Source: a virus
Reading direction: 5' to 3' (one strand)
IMG/VR virus record: IMGVR_UViG_3300044655_001360
Length of the DNA: 64,000 bases
This document shows, piece after piece, positions 37,346-45,651 of the stretch (positions within the stretch are counted from its first letter, which is position 1; the number at the start of each line of letters is the position of its first letter). The notes under the pieces were generated by a model. That model saw only the letters and a list, made by a program, of their open reading frames with translations. It was not told where the DNA came from and made no database searches. The position numbers and the translations under genes are program-made.

Positions 37346-37915
37346 TTACAAAATTCCTTCGGATTTCAATGTATTAACTACATCTTCAGTCAATGGAATT
37401 TCAGTTTTGATGTTTAACTCTAAAACTTGGTCAGTTAATGCTAACTTTTGTTTTTTGAGTTGCTTAATCGCATCTTTAGCAGCATCGATTTGCTCTTGGG
37501 ATACGATAGTCGTTGTCACTGTATCACGAGAAATACCATATCGGGTTTCATCAGTAACACGTGTTTTAATTTTGTCTAGTTTACCAGTTAATACTTGTAA
37601 GTCAGTAGCAGCTGGAACTCTAGCAATATCTTCTAATTGAATAACTCGTTTATCTAAGAATGCTGCTTTTGCTAAGTTCAAATCAATACCTGAACTAGAG
37701 TTAGCCACACCAACCAAACCACGAATATTGTATAAAGCAAGTAACAGCGCTTCTCTGCGTGCATCATTAGCATATAGTTGAGTATTGGCATCTGCTAGTA
37801 CAGTAGCTGCGTCTTGGAATTCGTTAAGTTCGACGTTGAGTTTAATATCAATTGAACGAATAGTATCGTGAATTGCGTTTTGAATAGCGTTTGCTTTACG
37901 TAAGGTGATTTGCAT
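37346..37915 (-). CDS. Coiled-coil hypothetical protein
   Basis: Start reset to MQITLRKA after AGGAG RBS. Confidence 0.7.
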   Translation of the reverse strand: MQITLRKANAIQNAIHDTIRSIDIKLNVELNEFQDAATVLADANTQLYANDARREALLLALYNIRGLVGVANSSSGIDLNLAKAAFLDKRVIQLEDIARVPAATDLQVLTGKLDKIKTRVTDETRYGISRDTVTTTIVSQEQIDAAKDAIKQLKKQKLALTDQVLELNIKTEIPLTEDVVNTLKSEGIL

Positions 37916-38214
37916 GTTAACTCCTATTTGATTAATTAAAACGGCCGAAGAAAGTAGTGTTTTAGGTGAACAATTGACAAATCTTAGGTTCAATAACTTA
38001 GATTCTGACATCGAACAATACACAAGAGACAAAACATCATATATGCGACAGGCAGCAAATGACAAAATTTATAAAACCTGCTAACACATGATTTTTAGTT
38101 AACGGTCATAGACCATCATCCATTATAGGAGTCGAATTAACGACAAAAGTCCCAAAACTACTAACCTTTCTTCAAAAACCGGCTAGTTTAAAGCTAAACT
38201 AGCAAAGCTATTTA

Positions 38215-38315
38215 GTCAACGGAACTCGGCATGGAAGCCGAGTGACCTCTAGGACGGTTGCGACGCGCTAGCGGAGCAGAGGACACGACGTCCGAAGTTC
38301 TTAGGGATGCCGCGA
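38215..38315 (-). mobile_element. Possible non-autonomous IS200/IS605-family end remnant
   Basis: GC-rich ~100-bp patch; subterminal hairpin ACTCGGC/GCCGAGT followed by GTTGAC on the minus strand. Confidence 0.35.
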
Positions 38316-38364
38316 AATACCGAACGGGTTTGCATTGGATTTGCTTTTGATGTTACTGCCATGA

Positions 38365-38526
38365 TTACGCCTCTTCAGTTGTTGATTTTTTGGGTTCAGT
38401 TTTAACTGGTTCTTTGGGCTCTTTTCCTTTAGACCAGTCGATTAAATCGTAGTTATTACGAAATTTGTTGATGTCAGAAGTACGATCCTTATCGCCTTTG
38501 CCACCATGCCATTTACCTGCAGACAT
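38365..38526 (-). CDS. Small basic hypothetical protein (53 aa, below the ORF-track cutoff)
   Basis: MSAGKWHGGKGDKDRTSDINKFRNNYDLIDWSK...; ATG overlaps the upstream stop. Confidence 0.55.
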   Translation of the reverse strand: MSAGKWHGGKGDKDRTSDINKFRNNYDLIDWSKGKEPKEPVKTEPKKSTTEEA

Positions 38527-38801
38527 TACTCTTCTTCTCCACTTAATGATAAATTAATAAGGGTTTGTTTACCTAATTCAAACATACCAACCCCACTAAT
38601 ATAGTCCGATGCGCATAAATGAACTTGCATGTCACCATACCCATCAATTGATGCACATACGAACTCAGCTATTTCACCTTCTTCAACCATCTCAATCATA
38701 GCACATAGCACTTCCATCAATTGTGCTTTACGAGCTAGTGAATTATTGAGTTCTCGTTGATCTTTTGTTGGAAATTTTAAAAGTTCCATGTTACTCTCCA
38801 T
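38526..38801 (-). CDS. Hypothetical protein
   Basis: ORF in operon after clpS. Confidence 0.6.
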   Translation of the reverse strand: MESNMELLKFPTKDQRELNNSLARKAQLMEVLCAMIEMVEEGEIAEFVCASIDGYGDMQVHLCASDYISGVGMFELGKQTLINLSLSGEEE

Positions 38802-38807
38802 CAGAGA

Positions 38808-39131
38808 TTAATCTTGTTCTGCTGTTACCATTAAAGGTGCACCGTTAGCTCGTGCAACTGCAACTGATTCTAACGCTTTTTGCTCGGCAATGTCAAATGG
38901 ATAAATGCCAGCAATTGCACTACCTGAATTGTGTATTTCTAGGGTTACATCGATTGCTTGTTGCTCTGGTAGCTTAAACAGGTTAACAAGAATTTCAATA
39001 ACTAATTCCATTGGAGTTTGGTCATCATTATGAAATACAACATTCCATAAGTTAGGTGGTTGTAAGGTGCATTCTACGTTTTCACTAATTGTTACGTCTG
39101 TTGACATACACGTCTCCGTAATTGATATCAA
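38808..39131 (-). CDS. clpS: ATP-dependent Clp protease adaptor
   Basis: P.LW.VV.HNDD.TPME.V..IL...F......A....L.IH..G....GIY..DIAE.K. Confidence 0.92.
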   Translation of the reverse strand: MISITETCMSTDVTISENVECTLQPPNLWNVVFHNDDQTPMELVIEILVNLFKLPEQQAIDVTLEIHNSGSAIAGIYPFDIAEQKALESVAVARANGAPLMVTAEQD

Positions 39132-39206
39132 AGGTTAATTATATCTGGTTAATATTGGGTTGTCAAGGTATTTAAGCAGAGCACTAGATTCTAGTGCCCG
39201 AAAATG

Positions 39207-39824
39207 TTAAACCTTAGAACTGATCGCGCTACTAGAGAAATGTAATGGTTCTGAAATTGGCTTTACCGTTTGCATTTCCCTAATTTTACGGTATACGTTC
39301 TGAACAGCAACTGCTTCAGCATGTGCATCTTGAAGTGCATGATGTTTAACTTCAATATCTGGGAAGTCGTTGTCAATTCCTAAGTCATAGATGGTACGAG
39401 TATCACGAATTTCATGATATTTCCAAGGAATAGCTCTACCAACTTTACGGAATATGTTTTCACAGATAACAATATCAAATCCAGCACCGTGACTCCAAAA
39501 AGTCTTACATCCACGTGCAAATAGGAACAATTGATGCATTGCATCTTCGATTGAGATTCTATCTGTACCTTCAAATGCTTCTTGATGTGCTTCTGGTCCT
39601 TGTTTAGCCCACCAAGCAATAGTTTCATCTGATATAGTTAAGTTATATGGTTCGCAACTAGCCAAATCAATCTTAACATAAAACGGTTCCATTTGATGGT
39701 CAACTGCTTCATGTCCATATGGATCGAATTTAACAGCACCAATTGTTAAGATTGTTGCTGATGGTAAAGTATCTAGTGTTTCTAAGTCAATGCAGATAGC
39801 GGTATTAGCCATTTGTAATTCCAA
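39207..39824 (-). CDS. DEDDh 3'-5' exonuclease (exonuclease VIII C-terminal-like)
   Basis: IDLETL, WW..Q, W..G..FD, RDTRT, HHAL.DA. Confidence 0.88.
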   Translation of the reverse strand: MELQMANTAICIDLETLDTLPSATILTIGAVKFDPYGHEAVDHQMEPFYVKIDLASCEPYNLTISDETIAWWAKQGPEAHQEAFEGTDRISIEDAMHQLFLFARGCKTFWSHGAGFDIVICENIFRKVGRAIPWKYHEIRDTRTIYDLGIDNDFPDIEVKHHALQDAHAEAVAVQNVYRKIREMQTVKPISEPLHFSSSAISSKV

Positions 39825-39872
39825 ATAAAGTTAAAAACTCAATTATACATCATATGGCTGGAGATGTCTACA

Positions 39873-40106
39873 TTATTTTTTAGAACCTGGTTTACCTGGT
39901 AGTCTATCCAAGCGTTCTCTTTTACGATTACGTGCAACTGCAGCAGCTTTTGCTTTCTTGCGTGTAGTTTTTGGTTTTTCGTAGTATTCTAACTCACGAA
40001 TGCGGTCTAGTACACCATTATTCTTAACTGATTTCTTAAATCTACGCAATGCTTGCGTTATATTTTCGGTTTCTTTTACAGTAACCTTTGTACCATTTAC
40101 TTTCAA
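39873..40106 (-). CDS. rpsU: Ribosomal protein bS21
   Basis: V.V...ENI..ALRRFKK.V...G......E.EYYEKP...RK..K.AA..R. Confidence 0.9.
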   Translation of the reverse strand: MKVNGTKVTVKETENITQALRRFKKSVKNNGVLDRIRELEYYEKPKTTRKKAKAAAVARNRKRERLDRLPGKPGSKK

Positions 40107-40495
40107 CTTATTGAATCCTTATATTGGGTTATTTTGGCATCGAGTAATTCGATGCATTGGTCGGTATTAAGTAATACTCGATTGTTAACAGTAGCTAAAC
40201 TTCTTAGCGTACCAAAGTAATAAGTATTTATCTGAGCTGATAAGTACCCAATTAACAAATGGTTGGAACTCTCTGCATTGAAGATTATTAGATCACTTTT
40301 CTTCTTCTTTTGCAAGAGCCATTCGTCTAAATCATCGGATTTCCACGAATAAACAACTACACTGGGTAATGATTTAAGTTGAAGTAAGCTATCTGAAACT
40401 ATTTGGGATTGATCTGGGGTTAAATCTACTAGGAGTAGTCTATACCCATCTATGTGAATATCGTCTGGGGGTGTTACTACGAGAATATTATCCAT
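40103..40495 (-). CDS. Hypothetical protein
   Basis: Start reset to MDNIL (GAGG RBS; CTAAATA at ~40515). Confidence 0.6.
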   Translation of the reverse strand: MDNILVVTPPDDIHIDGYRLLLVDLTPDQSQIVSDSLLQLKSLPSVVVYSWKSDDLDEWLLQKKKKSDLIIFNAESSNHLLIGYLSAQINTYYFGTLRSLATVNNRVLLNTDQCIELLDAKITQYKDSIS

Positions 40496-40566
40496 TTTAT
40501 GCCTCAAAAATAGATATTTAGTGATGTGGCAGTTGCCTACCACACCAAGTTAGTTCCTTGTTAAAT

Positions 40567-41142
40567 CTAGTCGGCAGATGCCAACATAATCTCACCTTTG
40601 CGAGATTTTGGTCGATAAAACAAGTGATGTCCAGTACGGCCAATCATATCGAAGCTGTTACGCCAAACTGGTTTAACCGCTACGGTATGAAAGTAAAGAG
40701 CATCTTTAAATTTGCGCATTCTATAACCAGAAAACATAACCTTTCTGGCAATTTCACGACACAACGCATAGTTCATTTCATCTACTGGTCTATGTTTCAT
40801 GCAGTACCAAGAGAATTGGCATACTGCGTGATTTCTAACATACTTCTTTTGATGAACTACATTGCAGATATCTTTTGGATACGCTGGGTGTGCTACACGA
40901 TTCATGGTAACTTGTGCCACCGCAATTTTGCCCTCATAAGGCTCACCACCCGCTTCACGATATATGTTTAACGCGAGGCATTCTATCTGGCTATTAAATG
41001 GTTCTGCATGAACTACTGTTAATTCTGGTGGGATAGCAACAATGATGTGGTGTTCTAGCTTGATACTTGCATGTGAAACAGCACTGATTGAACCCATTAG
41101 CAATGCACCTAATCGCAATGCTATTTTAATTTTGTTTTTCAT
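40567..41142 (-). CDS. SleB-like (Hydrolase_2) cell-wall hydrolase with N-terminal signal/anchor
   Basis: CLALNIY.EA.GE...G..AVA.V..NRV....YP..IC.VV.Q....CQFSW...ALYFH...H.FY. Confidence 0.9.
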   Translation of the reverse strand: MKNKIKIALRLGALLMGSISAVSHASIKLEHHIIVAIPPELTVVHAEPFNSQIECLALNIYREAGGEPYEGKIAVAQVTMNRVAHPAYPKDICNVVHQKKYVRNHAVCQFSWYCMKHRPVDEMNYALCREIARKVMFSGYRMRKFKDALYFHTVAVKPVWRNSFDMIGRTGHHLFYRPKSRKGEIMLASAD

Positions 41143-41149
41143 AATTGAA

Positions 41150-41410
41150 AACTCCTTTCATTTGGTGTTACCTGACAATCAAGTAACATTACATTAAGGG
41201 AGTTACTACACGAGGTTCGTTGAACCCTTTGTTTTCGCGTGGCAATCTCCATTGGAACAAACTTCAAAATACTAAAGAAGATATTGTCCCATTGGCGAGC
41301 ATGGCTACCCTAATAACTACGGGTTTCTAATTGGCCAAGACTCGCGGACTGAATCGGTACTAATTAAAATGACACAGCCGTTTATCTGGTTTCTTATCGA
41401 AACGTACATT
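41150..41410 (-). ncRNA. Long structured 5' leader / cis-regulatory RNA candidate
   Basis: Four consecutive multi-helix elements with minus-strand G-U pairs between TTAAATA (41413-41419) and the hydrolase RBS. Confidence 0.55.
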
Positions 41411-41524
41411 AGTATTTAACTTAATTAAAACCATCTAGCTGTAAACGTTACTAATTTGAACCGTTTTTGGCTAAATATGGAGCCTATTATATACTATATT
41501 TTTGGGTTGTCAATAGGTAAATGT

Positions 41525-41550
41525 AAAAAAGGCTACCGAAGTAGCCTTTC
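41525..41550 (-). terminator. Intrinsic terminator
   Basis: AAAGGCTAC-TTCG-GTAGCCTTTTTT on minus strand. Confidence 0.8.
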
Positions 41551-41554
41551 TGTT

Positions 41555-41857
41555 TTAAACCACCAAATCGAGTTCTTCTTCGGTTTGCGTAACACCGAGT
41601 GTTGGTCTAATTGGTTCTAACCAAGTATCTGGGATATAAAGTTTTGGTGATTCACCAAACATTCCTTTTAATCCGTAATCAGCAGCAACCCACCAATAAT
41701 GATCTGTAGTATGTGCTTGGCAAACTAGACCATTAAAGTTGAATTCTTCACCTTCTTGAAAATGGCCAATGTAAGTTTCAACCAAAACAGTTTTACCTCT
41801 ATTGGAATCTCTTATCGAGTAAATGATTTCAGCAAGATCACCTTTTTCACACTTCAT
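41555..41857 (-). CDS. Hypothetical phage protein
   Basis: MKC..GDLA.I...I.D.WL.PIR pattern. Confidence 0.65.
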   Translation of the reverse strand: MKCEKGDLAEIIYSIRDSNRGKTVLVETYIGHFQEGEEFNFNGLVCQAHTTDHYWWVAADYGLKGMFGESPKLYIPDTWLEPIRPTLGVTQTEEELDLVV

Positions 41858-42102
41858 TGTTCGCCTCGCAGTAGCTTAATGTTTAAAACCATGTTTTCAA
41901 CGGTTAACTTAGTAATGGTTGAAAGTAAGATTAGTTTGTCATCGTCATTGTACTCGGTCTTATCAAACATTTCAAGCACTGATGAACCAACCATAGCAAA
42001 AGCTGACTCTTTGGTTTGACCAAGAATACCAAAATCAATTGGATCTTCCTCATCGATGCTCATTGCGATGTCAACTAATGTAACTAGTGAGATACTTTTC
42101 AT
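41854..42102 (-). CDS. Hypothetical protein
   Basis: ORF in overlapping operon. Confidence 0.6.
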   Translation of the reverse strand: MKSISLVTLVDIAMSIDEEDPIDFGILGQTKESAFAMVGSSVLEMFDKTEYNDDDKLILLSTITKLTVENMVLNIKLLRGEQ

Positions 42103-42104
42103 AA

Positions 42105-42401
42105 TTAAGCCAACGCAATACCAGATGTTTTAGTCAAATACGCATCTGCAATTTGTTTATCGGTACCAATCGAAGCAGCAACTGCACATTTATAGATAGA
42201 AACATCTGAATTTGGATCGATAGTGAACAAGTAAGGTGACGTACCAATATTACCGGCTGGATCCATTGTTAATACCATTGGTCTTGATATTTTAAATGAA
42301 GTGTCAGCTTCTTCAACTAGCTTACCGATAAGTTCCTCACCACTGGTAAGTTTTAAAGTAACTACTTCGCCGTTTGTTAAACCTTTATTGATAAAAAGCA
42401 T
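42105..42401 (-). CDS. Sm/LSM-like small beta-barrel protein
   Basis: VVTLKL.SGEELIGKL......I..P.......Y...TSGI. Confidence 0.6.
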   Translation of the reverse strand: MLFINKGLTNGEVVTLKLTSGEELIGKLVEEADTSFKISRPMVLTMDPAGNIGTSPYLFTIDPNSDVSIYKCAVAASIGTDKQIADAYLTKTSGIALA

Positions 42402-42459
42402 GTTAATCCTTGAATTGAAGTTAAAATACGATTGTACTACTTAGTTGACTAGTTGTCAA

Positions 42460-43227
42460 CTAAAACCACTTGCCAATTTTCTTGAACGTATTACTTGCCG
42501 CGTGACCGATATCATTTCCTACATTAACCACGGTATTACCAACATCGGTTGCTGTGTTTACTACTGCATTTCCTACAGTTTTACCAGCATCAACCACTGG
42601 TGCTGCAACTGTGGTTGCCACGTTAACTACTGGAGTAGTATCAACTGAAATATGGGTGTCAATGTCAACCCCTGCAAGTAATGCAATTTTACCAGCGGCA
42701 TCAAGTGTGACAGTATTACCATCTAGTGAAACTCCACCACCGATATTAGCACCAACTTGGGCACCGATACTAACGCCAGCGGTAGCACCTGCAGTTACGC
42801 CATTACTACTGATTTCAGCACCAATACCAACACCTGTACTAGCACCAGCAGAAGCACCTGCATTACCTTGAATACCATGCGCACCTATCGATGCTTCTGC
42901 TTCAACGCCTGCGTGTGCTTCAGCATTTGCATCTGCTGATACAGTAGCTTTTACTGTACTAGTATCACCAATTGACGCATCTGCATGGGCATCGGCGTGT
43001 GCTTCAACACCCGCACCGGCTTCTGCTACGATATCGGTACCATTAAAACCAACACTTGCACCTGCTTGAGCACTGGCCTCGGCGTCCGCAGACGCCTCGG
43101 CACCCATAGATACACCACCTACAGTAGTTTCAGTGGATGTTTCTGCACTTGCTTCAGCACTAGCGGATGCACTAACGCTGGTATCTGTTACTTCGGTTGT
43201 TACGTTTGTTTTTGATTCAGAACTCAT
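42460..43227 (-). CDS. Ala/Gly/Val-rich repetitive protein
   Basis: Alternating AxAxA/GxGxG beta-type repeats; C-terminal amphipathic helix. Confidence 0.7.
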   Translation of the reverse strand: MSSESKTNVTTEVTDTSVSASASAEASAETSTETTVGGVSMGAEASADAEASAQAGASVGFNGTDIVAEAGAGVEAHADAHADASIGDTSTVKATVSADANAEAHAGVEAEASIGAHGIQGNAGASAGASTGVGIGAEISSNGVTAGATAGVSIGAQVGANIGGGVSLDGNTVTLDAAGKIALLAGVDIDTHISVDTTPVVNVATTVAAPVVDAGKTVGNAVVNTATDVGNTVVNVGNDIGHAASNTFKKIGKWF

Positions 43228-43235
43228 GGTTTTTC

Positions 43236-43451
43236 CTAACAGGTTAAGGTTAATGGATTGATGTTGTTAAAATCGATGTAGTCGTCTTCGAAAAAACTTG
43301 GGAAGACGTTATCATATTGAACAGGTGGTGTGACTTTGGTCATTACTAAATCCAAATGTTCTCGAATGGCTTGCCACTGTTCTTTGGTAGGTGGATTTGG
43401 ATGCAATTCAGCTTTACCTTGCAGCCAGTAGCAGAAGTTTTCAGGTGTCAT
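43236..43451 (-). CDS. Hypothetical phage protein
   Basis: MTPENFCYWLQG..EL....P...QW..I..HL..V..KVTP. Confidence 0.7.
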   Translation of the reverse strand: MTPENFCYWLQGKAELHPNPPTKEQWQAIREHLDLVMTKVTPPVQYDNVFPSFFEDDYIDFNNINPLTLTC

Positions 43452-43501
43452 TTTAATCTCCTCAATAAGTAAAGGGTGGTATTACTACCACCCAATTATT
43501 A

Positions 43502-45631
43502 CTACCCTTGGCAGGTAGTACATTCAGATTTGTTTACATTAACTCCATTCTCTGACCTAATGTAATACAATGATTTAACATAAGGATCTTTGAATGCCAT
43601 CTTGTGAACCTCACTAATGTATTCTTCGTCTTCATCTGCACTAAAGAATAAGTTGATGCTTTGTGCTTGGTCGATATACTTCTGTCTTGCAGATGCCAAT
43701 CGAATGATCTGGGTTTGTGGTATCTCAAACGCAGTTAAAAACACTTCTTTTTCATCATCTTTTAGCCAATCGACATGTTGAACTGACCCATTATTAGCAA
43801 TGATATCTTTAACAGTTTCATCAGAATACACACCTTTCTCCTTCATTAACCGTAATAACGTCGGATTAACTCGGTCAATTTTACCAGCAGCCGTATTCTG
43901 AATATACGCATTTTTGTATATCGGTTCAATACCTTGAGACACAGACCCAACTATAAGTGCATTTGTGAGTGTAGGTGGGCAAGTCAGCCTGTGGGTATTT
44001 CTAACACCATAGCCTTTACACCATTCTGGTTCACCAAATTCAACAGCCATCCACTCGGATGCTCTTTTTGACTCAGCATCTATATGTTTGAATATTTCAA
44101 TATTCTTGAAATACGCATCCATCGACGCAAATGGTATCATGTTATCTTGTAGATAGGTATGGAATCCAAGAACCCCTAATCCTAATGCTCTACTTTTTTC
44201 AGCAAACCGCGTAATCTTCTCCATTCCTCGAGTACGTTTACCAATTTCAATCAAATCTTGGTTCACGCAATCTAAAAATACAGTAGAATCAAACACTGCA
44301 GTAGTATCCTTCCATTCATCATAACGAGATAAATTCATTGAAGATAATACACATGAAAACGTATGGTCTGCATCTGAAAATAACGCGATTTCTGCGCAGT
44401 TATGAACTAAAAGATCATTGGCAAAGAAACATTCTGTTTCCGGTACAGTAATGTCATATACTGGAGTTTCTTCAACTTCAATAACATCAACTGTGATACT
44501 AGCTACTTCACCGTTACTGTCTAAAAGATAATCTGTTTCCGTTAAATCCTTAGCTTCTACATAACCACGGTTAACTGTGAATATTTTATGATTACCGGTA
44601 CATCTAATAGTACTATTTGCAGTTACAATTACATATAACTCAGTAACAACCGCAGTTTGAGCAGCAGCACTGACCGATGACCAATGAACATTACCATCCA
44701 AGTAAGTTTGTACTTGTACCGTAGAATTGAGTGTATAGTATCGAACAAAGTCTTCTAACTTAATACTATTAACAGCATCTGCAATCTTGATTTTGATTAA
44801 TGTATCGCCAGTTAAACAAAGATTTGAAGCCTTAATCTCCAATCCTTTGTCTTTATACATTTGTGGTGCTTGACGGTTTACTTTATCAACAAAGAAGAAG
44901 TAACCTTTACCTGTAATCATTTTCAATTTGAGTGCTTTCTGATAGCGTTCGATTGCATCAGGATCACCCGCATCTAATCTAGCAATGAATTCATCTGTGA
45001 TATTCCAACCAATGTTAGCATCATCTGGGTTTTTAGCAATGTAATTAACCAATTCATGAAAATCACCGTGATCGATTTCAATATAACCAGCCCAAGCACC
45101 TCTTCGTTGGCTACCTTGGCTGATATCACGTGATAGCTGCACAAAGTCCTTGAATACTGGCAATACACCAGATGCAGCACCTTTCATACCTGCAATTTTA
45201 GAACCGCGTGGTCTGATAGCACCTAAGTAACCAGAAGTACCAAATCCATTTTTAGAAAGAACGGCTGCTTCTTTTTGTGCGTCATAAAAGTCATATACGC
45301 TATCATTGATATAACCACCAGAACAAGATACTGCACAACCAATACCAGTACCCATATTTGACAATACGGGTGATGATGCAGCCAACCATCCCTTCCATAG
45401 TAAGTTGAAGAACTTCTCTCGCCAAAGCTCTGGTTCAGGTGTATACGATGCTGCATGCGTCGAAATACGAGTGTACACGGATAGTAAATCTGGGTGTTTT
45501 TCGGTTAGGTAATTCTCTTTTAGAATTTGCCATGCCGGTGTTGTGACCCATTCAGGCAATTTTCCTTCTGCCTGTAGACGTTTACGTTCTTCGCCTAATT
45601 CATCATATATCGATAATTCTTTTTTTACCAT
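43502..45631 (-). CDS. nrdA: Class I ribonucleotide reductase alpha subunit with mini-intein
   Basis: SC, RRGA.A.Y, SNL|intein|CAEI, C.LSS.NL, LGLG..G, SQGIEP, DQAQS.NL, KSLYY, C-terminal CxxC. Confidence 0.95.
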   Translation of the reverse strand: MVKKELSIYDELGEERKRLQAEGKLPEWVTTPAWQILKENYLTEKHPDLLSVYTRISTHAASYTPEPELWREKFFNLLWKGWLAASSPVLSNMGTGIGCAVSCSGGYINDSVYDFYDAQKEAAVLSKNGFGTSGYLGAIRPRGSKIAGMKGAASGVLPVFKDFVQLSRDISQGSQRRGAWAGYIEIDHGDFHELVNYIAKNPDDANIGWNITDEFIARLDAGDPDAIERYQKALKLKMITGKGYFFFVDKVNRQAPQMYKDKGLEIKASNLCLTGDTLIKIKIADAVNSIKLEDFVRYYTLNSTVQVQTYLDGNVHWSSVSAAAQTAVVTELYVIVTANSTIRCTGNHKIFTVNRGYVEAKDLTETDYLLDSNGEVASITVDVIEVEETPVYDITVPETECFFANDLLVHNCAEIALFSDADHTFSCVLSSMNLSRYDEWKDTTAVFDSTVFLDCVNQDLIEIGKRTRGMEKITRFAEKSRALGLGVLGFHTYLQDNMIPFASMDAYFKNIEIFKHIDAESKRASEWMAVEFGEPEWCKGYGVRNTHRLTCPPTLTNALIVGSVSQGIEPIYKNAYIQNTAAGKIDRVNPTLLRLMKEKGVYSDETVKDIIANNGSVQHVDWLKDDEKEVFLTAFEIPQTQIIRLASARQKYIDQAQSINLFFSADEDEEYISEVHKMAFKDPYVKSLYYIRSENGVNVNKSECTTCQG
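44399..44818 (-). mobile_element. Mini-intein (140 aa, no endonuclease) at the NrdA catalytic Cys
   Basis: CLTGDT...IRCT.NHKIFT..RGYV.A.DL...VYDITV.....FFAN.LLVHN|C. Confidence 0.93.
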
Positions 45632-45651
45632 ACTATCCTCTTGGGTTGATG

